A stretch of DNA of 42,608 nucleotides from Anaerolineales bacterium (GTDB lineage Bacteria > Chloroflexota > Anaerolineae > Anaerolineales > E44-bin32): assembly GCA_036477195.1 (NCBI GenBank), contig JAZGCZ010000079.1, positions 1 through 42,608 on the forward strand, read 5' to 3'. Below, piece after piece: positions 25,163 to 34,736 of this stretch. The notes under the pieces are model-generated. The model worked only from the letters and a program-made list of their open reading frames with translations. It made no database searches and was not told where the DNA came from. The number at the start of each line of letters is the position of its first letter. The stretch's first letter is position 1. A program made the translations under genes and the position numbers.

Positions 25163-26755
25163 CTATGAAGCGGTTTCGGCTTCCTCCGGCTCTTCAGAAC
25201 TCAATCCAGTCTCCTCTACCATCTCACTGAGCTCCTGCAGCTCTGCTTCTGGCTCGATAGTACCTTGATTTTCGTCCTCTGCAGGGGCTGGATCCATTTC
25301 CTCGTTCGCCGGTTCAATCTCGTCAGGGGCTTCTTGATTTGGTTCTAGCTCAGGGTCCCCGGCGTCAATATCGGACTCTGGGTCCTCTGTGTCAGTCTCG
25401 GGGTCGGTCTCAGACTGAAGAGCATCTTCACCATCTGTGTCCTGAACGAGAGCCTCTTCCGATTCGAGTTCAGTATCTGTGTCAAGATTGAGGGCTTCTT
25501 CCGCTTCAAGTTCAGCATCGAAGTCCGCTACGGGCTCCACTTCTTGTGCCTCATCTGTCTCCTGGACGGCGGCTTCCCAATCCGTGTCGGCGTAGTCCGA
25601 AGACTCTACGCGCTTTAAGCTCAAGCCAATTCTATGTCGAAGAGCATCGACGCGAATCACGCGCAGGGTCATTATTTGCCCTTCTTGGACTACCTCACTT
25701 GGGTGTGTGATATGTCGATCTGAAAGCTCGGATATATGGACCAGTCCCTCGATGCCATATTCCTCCAGGCCCACAAGCTTTGCGAACGCACCGAACTTAG
25801 TAAGCTTTGTAATCGTGCCCTCAACAAGCTGACCTTCATCGTACTGTTCCAGGATTTTCTCCCAAGGATTTTCCTCAAGCTCGCGGATAGACAGGCTGAT
25901 GCGATTACGCTCTGGATCTACACCAAGCACCTTGACCTTGACCTCTTGCCCAACACTAAGCACCTCGCGAGGATTGCTTACTCGCTTCCAGGAGATCTCG
26001 GAGATGTGCACTAATCCATCCGCTCCACCAATATCAACAAACGCTCCGAAGTCAGCCAGGCTGATCACGTGCCCGGTGCGGACTTCGCCAATCGCCAGTT
26101 CCGATATCAAACGTTCCTTGAGCGCTTCGCGCGCTTCACGTGCCGCAGAGCGCTCTGACAATATCAGGCGGTTTCGCTGCCGGTCCACTTCAATCACCTT
26201 AGCGACCAGGTGCTCACCAACCATGCTCCCCCAGCGATCTTCAGGTGTTTCCCCATCTGCTCGGCGACGCCGAGCCAGGCTGACCTGCGATGCCGGAACA
26301 AATCCTCGAAGTTGGCCCATCTTAACGATGAGGCCGCCCTTGTTGTAGCCCGTCACTTCGCCCTCGAAGATATCTTTCGATTCCAGCAGCTCCTCTGCCT
26401 GCTTCCAGTCCTGCTCCTCTTCGGCACGGACCAAGGAAAGCTCAGGCGCGCCGTTGCGGCCGCCTGGCCGTATCACGTACACGCTGATTTCTTGTCCGAC
26501 GTCTAAGGTTGCTCGTTGATCTTCGGGGAGTTGTTCAAGTTCTCGAGCTGAAATTACGCCTTCTGATTTGGCACCGATGTCGACCAACACATCGGCTTCT
26601 GTGGCACGCACGATGGTGCCAACGCGAATCTCGCCTCGCTTGGGCGCATTTAGCACATATTTTTCGGACTCCAGGAGCGCGTCCATCGGGTGTGGTTCAG
26701 CTTTGTTCTTACCCTCTGCGTCACCCGCTGCGCTCTCCTTCTCCTCGTCTATCAT
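25163..26755 (-). CDS. rpsA: 30S ribosomal protein S1 with a long acidic C-terminal tail
   Basis: Several S1 OB-fold repeats (G..V.G.V....DFGAFVD / GL(V)HISE patterns, at least 4 recognisable). The last ~140 aa are a D/E/T/P-rich low-complexity tail. Confidence 0.9.
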   Translation of the reverse strand: MIDEEKESAAGDAEGKNKAEPHPMDALLESEKYVLNAPKRGEIRVGTIVRATEADVLVDIGAKSEGVISARELEQLPEDQRATLDVGQEISVYVIRPGGRNGAPELSLVRAEEEQDWKQAEELLESKDIFEGEVTGYNKGGLIVKMGQLRGFVPASQVSLARRRRADGETPEDRWGSMVGEHLVAKVIEVDRQRNRLILSERSAAREAREALKERLISELAIGEVRTGHVISLADFGAFVDIGGADGLVHISEISWKRVSNPREVLSVGQEVKVKVLGVDPERNRISLSIRELEENPWEKILEQYDEGQLVEGTITKLTKFGAFAKLVGLEEYGIEGLVHISELSDRHITHPSEVVQEGQIMTLRVIRVDALRHRIGLSLKRVESSDYADTDWEAAVQETDEAQEVEPVADFDAELEAEEALNLDTDTELESEEALVQDTDGEDALQSETDPETDTEDPESDIDAGDPELEPNQEAPDEIEPANEEMDPAPAEDENQGTIEPEAELQELSEMVEETGLSSEEPEEAETAS

Positions 26756-26892
26756 TGACGGGATTTGCCCCGGCGGATCAGCCCACGGATTATAAAGGCG
26801 TTGATAGGGGTTGACAACCTATGGCCAAATCTCGTGCGGTATAATGCCGCGCGGTCAAGATCCGGCCCAAACCGAGCCCCAGGAATATTATT

Positions 26893-28002
26893 TTGGCACC
26901 TGTATATCCGTTTACTGCAATCGTCGGGCAAGAGCGCATGCGCCGCGCGCTAGTGTTGAATGCCGTAAATCCTCGTATCGGCGGAGTGCTGATCCGGGGG
27001 GAACGCGGTACCGCTAAATCCACGGCCGCACGCGCGCTGGCAGCTCTGCTGCCCGAAGTCAGTGTAGTCGCCCGATGCCGGTTCCGCTGCGATCCGGAGC
27101 AGCCCACCACATGGTGCACAGAATGCCGCGAGCGAGCGGCGTCTGGTGAAGAGCTTCCTTCAAAAGTCTTTCGAACATCATTCGTCGACCTGCCGGTTTC
27201 AGCAACGGAGGATCGAGTGGTCGGCACCCTGGACATCGAGCGCGCCATCAAGGAAGGCGAGCGGCACTTCGAGCCAGGTGTGTTGGCGTCTGCTAACCGC
27301 GGTTTGCTCTATATCGATGAAGTGAATCTGCTGGACGATCATGTCGTGGATCTGTTGCTGGACTCAGCTGCCCTGGGCATGAACATCGTTGAGCGAGAAG
27401 GCATTTCATTTAGTCATCCTTCCCGCTATATCCTGGTCGGCACAATGAATCCTGAAGAAGGGGACCTTAGGCCCCAGCTGCTCGATCGCTTCGCGCTGTC
27501 AGTTGACATTCGAGGTCTATCAGACCCGGACGATCGAGTGGCTATTATGGAGCGCAATCTAGCGTTTGAGCAGGACCCGGTTGGATTTCGCGAGGAGTGG
27601 ATCGAGAGCGAACTCGAGCTCTCCGAGCGAATCGAAACCGCGCGCAAAACTGTCGATAAAGTGAGTTACGAGGTGCAGAACCTTCATGCAATCGCAGCTC
27701 TCACCTCTTCATTGCATGTCGATGGCCATCGGGCGGACCTTGTGATTTTGAAGGCCGCAAAGGCTCATGCAGCCTTCGAAGGTCGAAAAGCTATCGATGA
27801 ATCCGATATCGCCCGCGCGGCAGAGCTCGCGCTTCCCCACCGTTTGAGGCGCGGTCCTTTTCAACAGGCAGAAATCAAGCTCACCGATCTAGAAGACCGA
27901 ATCGAGCAGATCCAAAGCCAGGCGGGCGGCTCGCCGCAGTCAGAGCCTGAACCGTTGGAAGAGCAGGAGCTCGACCGAAAAAAAGTCAGCGCCCGGGCAT
28001 AG
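26893..28002 (+). CDS. ChlI/BchI-family AAA+ ATPase (Mg-chelatase subunit I-like)
   Basis: YPFTAIVGQERMRRALVLNAV, Walker A RGERGTAKST, Walker B LLYIDEVNLLDDH, sensor and Arg-finger region GTMNPEEGDLRPQLLDRF. The C-terminus runs into an acidic, Pro-rich SPQSEPEPLEEQELD linker. TTG start. Confidence 0.9.
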   Translation: MAPVYPFTAIVGQERMRRALVLNAVNPRIGGVLIRGERGTAKSTAARALAALLPEVSVVARCRFRCDPEQPTTWCTECRERAASGEELPSKVFRTSFVDLPVSATEDRVVGTLDIERAIKEGERHFEPGVLASANRGLLYIDEVNLLDDHVVDLLLDSAALGMNIVEREGISFSHPSRYILVGTMNPEEGDLRPQLLDRFALSVDIRGLSDPDDRVAIMERNLAFEQDPVGFREEWIESELELSERIETARKTVDKVSYEVQNLHAIAALTSSLHVDGHRADLVILKAAKAHAAFEGRKAIDESDIARAAELALPHRLRRGPFQQAEIKLTDLEDRIEQIQSQAGGSPQSEPEPLEEQELDRKKVSARA

Positions 28003-28008
28003 CCCAGG
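27965..28008 (+). other. Candidate -1 frameshift (or transcriptional slippage) cassette: AGGAG, 8 nt, A_AAA_AAA, 8 nt, GC hairpin
   Basis: A7 run at 27978-27984 is in X_XXY_YYZ register with the ChlI-like frame (cgA AAA AAA gtc). AGGAG lies at 27965-27969. The hairpin is CCGGGC-ata-GCCC(a)GG at 27993-28008. The -1 frame is open from 27951 straight into the VWA ORF. Confidence 0.35.
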
Positions 28009-28112
28009 AATCTGAACAAGAAAGCAAAGAGCTTGGGCAGGCCAAGCCTGCTGAACAAACACTCGTAGACTCCCTTAGCGCCCGCTGGTGGGAGGGTGGT
28101 GATAAGATCAAA

Positions 28113-28949
28113 GTGGGTGCCGCATTTTCCCCCCGGCGTTTGCAAAACCCCATCGATCGCATAACCCGCAAGCATGGCGGCCGTCGGACCCTTACCCGAA
28201 CGGATCGCAAGCGCGGCCGCTACGTCTCGGCCAGACCCGCCGAGGACCGCACCACCGATATTGCCTTCGACGCCACCATACGAGCCGCCGCTCCGCATCA
28301 GAAACACCGGTCCAAGAAGCGCGTGGCATTTGCCATCCGACCCTCGGATCTTCATCGAAAGGTCCGCATTCGAAAAGCGTCCAACTTGATCCTATTTGTG
28401 GTGGATGCATCCTGGTCCATGGCGGTGGCGGAACGCATGTCAGCCACGAAAGGCGCCATCCTTTCTTTGCTCAACGACGCTTACCAGCGCCGGGATCGGG
28501 TGGGGCTTGTTGTATTCCAGAAGGATCGCGCGCTGACTGTGCTGCCACCTACAAACTCGGTGCGGCTCGCGCAGCATGCATTGGCAGACATTCCCGTTGG
28601 GGGGAAGACTCCTTTGTCCGCAGGACTCACGCTCGCCCTCGAAACCTTTACAAAGGAACGGCTGAGCCATCCCGAGGTCCTTCCTCTCATGGTGCTGTTG
28701 ACAGATGGGGCAGGGAACGTCTCGTTAGGGGGCTTGCCGCCTCAGGAGGAAGCAATGCTGGTAGCGGACCGTATTCGAGAAAGCGAAATCCGGTCCGTGG
28801 TAATCAATATGGAGCATGCGGCTTTCGACCAAGGTTTGGCCAACGCGATAGCAGACAGATTAGGTGCCCCCTGCTACACGCAGCAAGAACTCAGAGCTGA
28901 ACACCTGTACCATGCGGTTCGACAGGAGACGGAAATCGCTTCAGGATAG
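28113..28949 (+). CDS. VWA (integrin-I-like) domain protein equivalent to the C-terminal half of Mg-chelatase subunit D
   Basis: RGRYV...DIAFDATIRAAAPHQ, the MIDAS motif VVDASWSM, and PPTNS...GGKTPL match the BchD/ChlD C-terminal half. The first canonical start is GTG 28113, but the same frame is open and linker-like (E/Q/K/P-rich) back to 27951, overlapping the ChlI-like 3' end. Confidence 0.85.
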   Translation: MGAAFSPRRLQNPIDRITRKHGGRRTLTRTDRKRGRYVSARPAEDRTTDIAFDATIRAAAPHQKHRSKKRVAFAIRPSDLHRKVRIRKASNLILFVVDASWSMAVAERMSATKGAILSLLNDAYQRRDRVGLVVFQKDRALTVLPPTNSVRLAQHALADIPVGGKTPLSAGLTLALETFTKERLSHPEVLPLMVLLTDGAGNVSLGGLPPQEEAMLVADRIRESEIRSVVINMEHAAFDQGLANAIADRLGAPCYTQQELRAEHLYHAVRQETEIASG

Positions 28950-29051
28950 TTAGCTTGACTACCCCTATCGGGAGGTCACAGAGCTCGCTTCAGGCTATCG
29001 GAATTGGGACACTTGCGCCCAGAGCTTGATAGGAACCGGGATTGCGACTAA

Positions 29052-30272
29052 CTAATTGCTGAGCTTTCTTAGGAGCCTGCTTTTGCGGTGTTCAATCTCG
29101 GAAGAGCTCTGATCCCGCTCCCACCCTTTTGGCCATTCGCCTACAACACCCAGTGCCACCTCGGCCCACTCTAGGGCTTGTGACAGGTCTCTGGCCTCCC
29201 ACTCGTAATACATCGCTAGTTCGATGCACGGAGATGGGTCATCGGGCGCTACTGCGTGCCATTCGATCCAACTGGGTTCAGCCTGCTCCCGGCAATTTTG
29301 GCGTTTCAGCATTGCCGTCAGATGTTTGAGCGCCTCAGCGCGCAGCGTGTCATTGGGAGCACCTCGCGCTGCTGCTCGATAGGCCAATTCAGCCTCAGCC
29401 GTTCGGCCAATCCTCTCATGCCAGCGGGCGACCGCAAGCGCTTCCCCTCCCGCTAGCCCGTTCGGATCCTGGTTAAGATGTCTTTCCAGAATAGCCGACG
29501 AAAGTCCGACCAGGGAAAGGATGTCGATGGCATTGTGATAGATCACTCGGATCATATCGGAGGCATCGCCTGTTCGCAGGTAGTTTAAATACATTCCGGG
29601 GATTAGCTCCCCGGGTACGTCTTCTTCGGACCGTTCGACCTCGAGCACGTGGCGTTCCAAGGTGCCTAGCCGGCAATTGCTCAGGGTCTTGCTCCATAGG
29701 CGTCGCGAGGGGTATAGCAGATCGAGGTGTGGTCGGCTCGAGAGCCTCCAGCGATCGCGCACTGCGATTGTGTAGCGAGATTCTAGAATCGGCAGATCAA
29801 ACGAACGGCCATTGAACGTCACCAACCCTTCCACGCCCTTGAGGTCAGCGCGCAACAGCCGCAGAGTTGCCGCCTCCTCCTCCGGATCGCGCAGGAAGTA
29901 CTGCCGAAGAAGGAACTCCCCCTTCTCGAAGGTACCCACACCGATCAAGAACCCTAAAGTACCTGCTCCTCCCGAAAGACCGGTCGTCTCGATGTCCACA
30001 AAGCCCCAGCGATGAATCTTCGAGGCCTTCAGACCCGTATCATTACCCACCTCTGCCGCGAGGCTGGAGGCATAGGTCAGCACCTCCTTCAGGGGGCGAC
30101 TCCCATGAAGGTAATCAGACGGATAGCGAGTATCGATATGATAGGCGAGGCCGCTCTCGGTTTTGATCTCCTCACCTTGTCGTAGCTCCCGGATTTTGAC
30201 TCGGCGCCGAGGCCGTGCTCGGGAACGACCTTGCTCGAGTCGCTCAAGACGGCGCCTTAGATCACTGGACAT
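29052..30272 (-). CDS. YprB-like RNase H-fold (3'-5' exonuclease-like) protein with a TPR-like C-terminal domain
   Basis: WGFVDIETTGL (DxE exonuclease motif I), TFNGRSFDLPIL, and YHNAIDILSL (H..D motif III) fit the YprB/RNase_H_2-type fold. The C-terminal ~120 aa are helical-repeat-like (AEAELAYRAA.., ALEWAEVAL). Confidence 0.7.
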   Translation of the reverse strand: MSSDLRRRLERLEQGRSRARPRRRVKIRELRQGEEIKTESGLAYHIDTRYPSDYLHGSRPLKEVLTYASSLAAEVGNDTGLKASKIHRWGFVDIETTGLSGGAGTLGFLIGVGTFEKGEFLLRQYFLRDPEEEAATLRLLRADLKGVEGLVTFNGRSFDLPILESRYTIAVRDRWRLSSRPHLDLLYPSRRLWSKTLSNCRLGTLERHVLEVERSEEDVPGELIPGMYLNYLRTGDASDMIRVIYHNAIDILSLVGLSSAILERHLNQDPNGLAGGEALAVARWHERIGRTAEAELAYRAAARGAPNDTLRAEALKHLTAMLKRQNCREQAEPSWIEWHAVAPDDPSPCIELAMYYEWEARDLSQALEWAEVALGVVGEWPKGWERDQSSSEIEHRKSRLLRKLSN

Positions 30273-30466
30273 TCACTTCGTTTCCTGCGTAATCCTCTTC
30301 GGAAGGGTGATGATTGTCACCGATTCACCCTGACATTCTTCAGTTCTGAACATCTTCTGCGCCAGCTATTATAGGTTCGGAGACAGAGCATTCACGCTCA
30401 GTCCTCCTTCGGTAAACGCCTCCACCGGGTTTCTCCCTCACCCGAGGCAAACTTTATTCTATTGTC

Positions 30467-32416
30467 CTATTCTTGGGGTTCGGCAGTGGGCAGCACCACC
30501 GTAAAGGTCGTTCCCTTGCCCAAATCGGACTCGACCCAAATTCGACCGTTATGGTTATCGACAATTGACTTGACGATCGAAAGGCCAAGCCCGGTCCCGG
30601 GCAAATCCTCCGGGACATTGCTGGCTCGGAAGAACTTGTCAAATAAATAAGGCTGATCGGCAGTCGGTATTCCTGGCCCAGAATCTGTTACTCGCAAGAT
30701 CACCTGATCGCCTTCCCCCTTGCCTTCGATATGCACGTAGCCATCGGGAGGTGTGTATTTCACTGCATTGTCGAGCAGATTGCCGATCATTTGCCTCAAT
30801 CGGATCGGCGCCCCAAGGACCATCGGCAACTCTTCGGGAATATCTGACTCCAGAGTCAGCCCCTTACCTTCCGCAGTACTTCGCATGCTTTCAAGCGCGT
30901 AGCGCGCAAGTACCGCGATGGGCGTGTTCTCTTTAGCTTCGTCCAAGCCTGCCTCGATTCGCCCTAGATCCAACAGGTTGCTCACCAGGTCCGTGATTTG
31001 GCCCACGCTGAGTTGGACGCGTCGAATGAACTCCTGCTGCTGCGCATTCAGCCCCCCAGAGCGCTCGATCAACTCGACATAGCCAAGTATGGCCGTCAGG
31101 GGAGAGCGCAAATCATGCGACACGGTGGTGACGAATTCCGACTTGATACGATCAAGTTCCTTCAGGTGCGTGATATCTTGCATCACGATCGCCTGTCCAA
31201 TGCCTTCGATCGGCGAACGCTGCGCATTGAACACCCTGCCGTCTTCGAGTTCCACTTCCTCCCGCCTCGAAACTCTGCCTGAGGCACGTAGCATTGCGAG
31301 GATCCTGGGATCCTCGATGATCTCACTTGCCAACTTCCTATTCCAATTTCCGTTGACTCCGAAGGCGTCTCGTGCCGTCTGATTCATGATGAGCAGCCGG
31401 TTTTCGGGGTCGACAACGATCACGCCATTCTCAATTCGCGCCAATATCGTTTCCAGCTTTCGACGCTCAGCTTCTGAGCTATTGAACAGTCGTGCGTTTT
31501 CGATTGCAATCGCCGCGTAATCTGCCATTGCGGTCATGATGGCAACATGCTCGCGGGTCAAGGTGTTTCCCGCTTTGCGGTTGTCGACGCCCAACACCCC
31601 GATCGTACGGCCGCGCGCAGTCAGCGGCACATAGATTAGAGAGTGCACCAAATAGGAAGTCTTGATCTTTTGCGGCGTCTGTTCGTCCAACAGCACAGGC
31701 TCACCGGATGCGATGACCTGGCCCGCTAACGAGTCATCAACTTGGAGCCGAAATGTGCGTGCAAACACCTCATCGAAGTTCTTGGAGGCCCTCATGTAGA
31801 GCTCGCCCGTGGTTTCGTCCAACAGCAGCAGGCTGCCTTCTTCGGCTCCGGTCAGGCGCACAGATTCATCCACGACCGCAGTCAGCACATCGTTGTGATC
31901 CAACATGGCGGTGACTGTGCGTCCGATAAGGGTCAGGGTTTCGAGCTCCTCTAGCTTGCGCCTCAGGGTCTCGGCTGCGGAACTGGCGTCAGCCTGCCCC
32001 TCAATAATCTCCAGCCAACGTCTGCGCTGAGCAAGCGCCCTTCCCACTGCTGCAAGCATGAGTTCAGTTTCGAACGGCTTACTCAGTAAATCGAAAGCGC
32101 CGGCTCGCATCGCCTCCACCGCCAGTGACTCGTTCCCCGCGCTGGTCATCATGATGACTGGGGGATGGGGTAATTCTGAGCAGACGCGTCGAATCAATTC
32201 GAGGCCGGTTAGATTCGGCATTTGGTTGTCGGTGATCACGACATCCGGTTTAATCTCACGCACGAGAGTGAGCGCCGACATTCCATCGCCGACGGTTCGC
32301 ACATCGTAGCCGGCCGGGCCGAGCACCGCTTCTTCCAGAAATTGGCGGATGTCCAAGCTGTCGTCAACGACGAGTATCAGGGGCTTGTTCATATGTGTAT
32401 TCAAAAAGGGGTGCAT
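30467..32416 (-). CDS. Hybrid sensor histidine kinase (receiver + GAF + PAS-like + HisKA + HATPase)
   Basis: N-terminal receiver (LILVVDDS...VVITDNQMP..), a GAF-like region, H-box FVTTVSHDLRSPLTAI, N-box LLDNAVKYT, and G-boxes DSGPGI / GTGLGLSIV. Confidence 0.9.
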   Translation of the reverse strand: MHPFLNTHMNKPLILVVDDSLDIRQFLEEAVLGPAGYDVRTVGDGMSALTLVREIKPDVVITDNQMPNLTGLELIRRVCSELPHPPVIMMTSAGNESLAVEAMRAGAFDLLSKPFETELMLAAVGRALAQRRRWLEIIEGQADASSAAETLRRKLEELETLTLIGRTVTAMLDHNDVLTAVVDESVRLTGAEEGSLLLLDETTGELYMRASKNFDEVFARTFRLQVDDSLAGQVIASGEPVLLDEQTPQKIKTSYLVHSLIYVPLTARGRTIGVLGVDNRKAGNTLTREHVAIMTAMADYAAIAIENARLFNSSEAERRKLETILARIENGVIVVDPENRLLIMNQTARDAFGVNGNWNRKLASEIIEDPRILAMLRASGRVSRREEVELEDGRVFNAQRSPIEGIGQAIVMQDITHLKELDRIKSEFVTTVSHDLRSPLTAILGYVELIERSGGLNAQQQEFIRRVQLSVGQITDLVSNLLDLGRIEAGLDEAKENTPIAVLARYALESMRSTAEGKGLTLESDIPEELPMVLGAPIRLRQMIGNLLDNAVKYTPPDGYVHIEGKGEGDQVILRVTDSGPGIPTADQPYLFDKFFRASNVPEDLPGTGLGLSIVKSIVDNHNGRIWVESDLGKGTTFTVVLPTAEPQE

Positions 32417-32488
32417 GAAGCTTGCCAGCGGGTTGATCCTAGCATGCTCATTTGTGAGCGAAAAGGGTACTCACGTAGATGATGGTAA

Positions 32489-33673
32489 TTAGGCCGTTTG
32501 AGTAGGAGTGGCCGCAGCCTGCAAATTTGGCATTTCGTCTAGTTCCCGCAGCATAGATTCGAGATCCCCGCTAAGAACCTGGAGGCGCTTGCGCTGGGAG
32601 GGATCTTCCGAATGTTCTAGGAGTTCGGGAATCTGCTCCTTCAAATCCTTGAGTTCCGTGCGGACGCGATCTACCCAGGCTACCTGATTCTTCATGCCGG
32701 AGAGGGTCTCGTCTACGACATCTTGCAGCTGCTCGGCCCGCCCCGTGAGCGCCTGAAACAATCGCGCGTTGATCAGCGAAATCGATGCGTAGTCCCCCAC
32801 TGCCTCCAGCATTCGCTGATTTGGCTCCGTAAACGGCTTGGCCTCTTCCCTTGCTACCGTGATCACGCCGATCGTTTCTTCACGCGCTTTGATCGGTACG
32901 ATTAACGCTGCCTTCGCGAAGCGAGCTAGCTTGAATTGCTCCAATCCTTCCCCGTGAAGGCTAAGCGCCTCTGCGGACAGCATGACCAGCGAACTCACGC
33001 CGTCATCCCAGGCTTGATGAATCTTATTTGCTAACGCTTTCGGCATTCCACGCTGTGCGCGCAGGAAAAGGTGTCCACTGTCCTCGTCGAGAAGCAGCAC
33101 CCAACCCATATCCGCGTTCGTGACATTGAGGCCGCTCAGAATCAGCTTGTCAAATAGCTCGCGCTGATTCGTGGTGGATGTTACGGCTTTCCCGATTCCA
33201 TAGATGGTGGTGAGTTCGCGGACCCGTTGCTCTAGTTGACGGTGGCTGTCTGCCAACTCAGCCGCAAGCTGTTTTGTTTCGTGGCTCAGGCGGACTTCTT
33301 TCAGAGCGCGTTCAATGGCGGCCAAGGCTTCGGTCTCGCGCAGCGGCTTGACCATGTAATCTTTGGCGCCCAATCGAAACGCCTGGATCGCGTCCGCCTC
33401 CTGGCCCTCTTCCGCGGTGACCAACACGGGAACGTCGAGACCCTGCGATCGCAGAGCGACCAGTAGATCTTTTCCGCTCAATCCGGGAAGCATGAGGCTG
33501 GCGACGATCAGATCCGGAGAGAAAGAAACCGCCTGCTGGATCGCCGAGCCGGCTTCATTTGCGGTTGCCACCTCGTAGCCCAGCGGCTCAAGCACCTGAC
33601 GCGACAACAGATCCAGTACATCTGGATCTTCATCTACGATCAGTACGCGCCCGGTCGCCGGAGAGAGGCCCAC
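32489..33673 (-). CDS. Response regulator with a receiver plus GAF-like output domain and a coiled-coil tail
   Basis: Receiver (VLIVDEDPD.., DLIVASLMLPGLSG, KDYMVKP), then a coiled-coil linker and a GAF-like segment (MGWVLLLDEDSGHLFLRAQRG...GVITVAREE). GTG start. Confidence 0.8.
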   Translation of the reverse strand: MGLSPATGRVLIVDEDPDVLDLLSRQVLEPLGYEVATANEAGSAIQQAVSFSPDLIVASLMLPGLSGKDLLVALRSQGLDVPVLVTAEEGQEADAIQAFRLGAKDYMVKPLRETEALAAIERALKEVRLSHETKQLAAELADSHRQLEQRVRELTTIYGIGKAVTSTTNQRELFDKLILSGLNVTNADMGWVLLLDEDSGHLFLRAQRGMPKALANKIHQAWDDGVSSLVMLSAEALSLHGEGLEQFKLARFAKAALIVPIKAREETIGVITVAREEAKPFTEPNQRMLEAVGDYASISLINARLFQALTGRAEQLQDVVDETLSGMKNQVAWVDRVRTELKDLKEQIPELLEHSEDPSQRKRLQVLSGDLESMLRELDEMPNLQAAATPTQTA

Positions 33674-33805
33674 TTTCGATATGATAGCACCGTATTATCA
33701 GGATCAGCATCCAGGCGATAGTACGGGGGATTGCGATAAGAATCTCATTAGATTCACCAGGGTCAGCTTGACTCCCGTTTCCGCGCCCCGTTAGAATTCT
33801 GATAC

Positions 33806-34702
33806 ATGGATTACAAGGATTACTACAAGGTCCTCGGTGTCGGCCGCAAGGCGGATGAGAATGAGATCAAGAGCGCTTATCGGCAGCTTGCCTTGAAATA
33901 TCATCCGGACAAGAACCCCGACTCTGAAGAGCACTTTAAGGAGATCAACGAGGCCTATGAAGTGCTTGGCGATACCGAAAAGCGCGCTAAGTACGATCAG
34001 CTCGGATCCTCCTACCGGACATGGGAGCGGGCTGGCCAAGCTCCAGGTGGATTCGACTGGTCTCAGTGGTCCCCTGGAGGACAAGGAGGGACTCGAGTCG
34101 AGGGTGGCGACATTGGGGATCTCTTCGGCGGGGTTGGTTTTTCGGATTTCTTCAACACCATCTTTGGAATGGGTGCCCAAGCACAAAGACGGACGAGGGG
34201 CCGGGACGTGGAGCAGCCGGTCGCTATTTCGCTTGCGGAAGCCTATAGCGGAACCACACGCACATTCAGCCTCAACGGCCGCAAATTGGAGGTCTCTATT
34301 CCACCCGGCTCTAAAACTGGAACCCGCATCCGTGTTTCTGGCAAGGGTGAGCCGAGCACGGGCCAGCCGGGCGATCTATATATAAAGGTGCGCGTGCAAA
34401 ACATGCCTGGGATCGAGAGAAAGGGCGACGACCTGCATATGGAAGTGGAGACCGATCTGTATGCCGCCATACTGGGCGGGGAAGTCGAAGTGAACACACT
34501 AGGTGGGCCGGTGATGCTGAAGATTCCGGCCGGTAGTCAGCCCGGCCGCTCATTTCGACTGCGTGGCCGCGGCATGCCGAAACTCCGCAACCCCTCCCAG
34601 CATGGGGACTTGCTTGCCAGGCTCAAAATCACTCTGCCAAAGAAACTAAGCAAGGAAGAGCGAAAATTATTCGAGGAGCTAGCTAAACTCCAAAAATCCT
34701 GA
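33806..34702 (+). CDS. J-domain co-chaperone, CbpA-like (DnaJ without the zinc-finger domain)
   Basis: DYYKVLGV...[13 protein letters not shown] (HPD motif), a G/F-rich region, and DnaJ C-terminal beta domains (GDLYIKVRV...; [18 protein letters not shown]). No CxxCxGxG repeats. Confidence 0.85.
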   Translation: MDYKDYYKVLGVGRKADENEIKSAYRQLALKYHPDKNPDSEEHFKEINEAYEVLGDTEKRAKYDQLGSSYRTWERAGQAPGGFDWSQWSPGGQGGTRVEGGDIGDLFGGVGFSDFFNTIFGMGAQAQRRTRGRDVEQPVAISLAEAYSGTTRTFSLNGRKLEVSIPPGSKTGTRIRVSGKGEPSTGQPGDLYIKVRVQNMPGIERKGDDLHMEVETDLYAAILGGEVEVNTLGGPVMLKIPAGSQPGRSFRLRGRGMPKLRNPSQHGDLLARLKITLPKKLSKEERKLFEELAKLQKS

Positions 34703-34736
34703 ACAAGACACCCTTGAGGGTTATGGAAATGATTCT

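Noticed and set aside
26790-28355. Long antisense ORFs (26790..27251, 27861..28355), plus similar ORFs over 140 aa at 3588..4019, 4856..5326, 9818..10249, 13085..13522, 21249..21719, 36387..36932 and 40702..41160
   Set aside because: Each lies opposite a CDS with strong family motifs. Their translations are Arg/Pro/Gly/Ser-rich with no recognisable domains, as expected for the open antisense frames of GC-rich genes.
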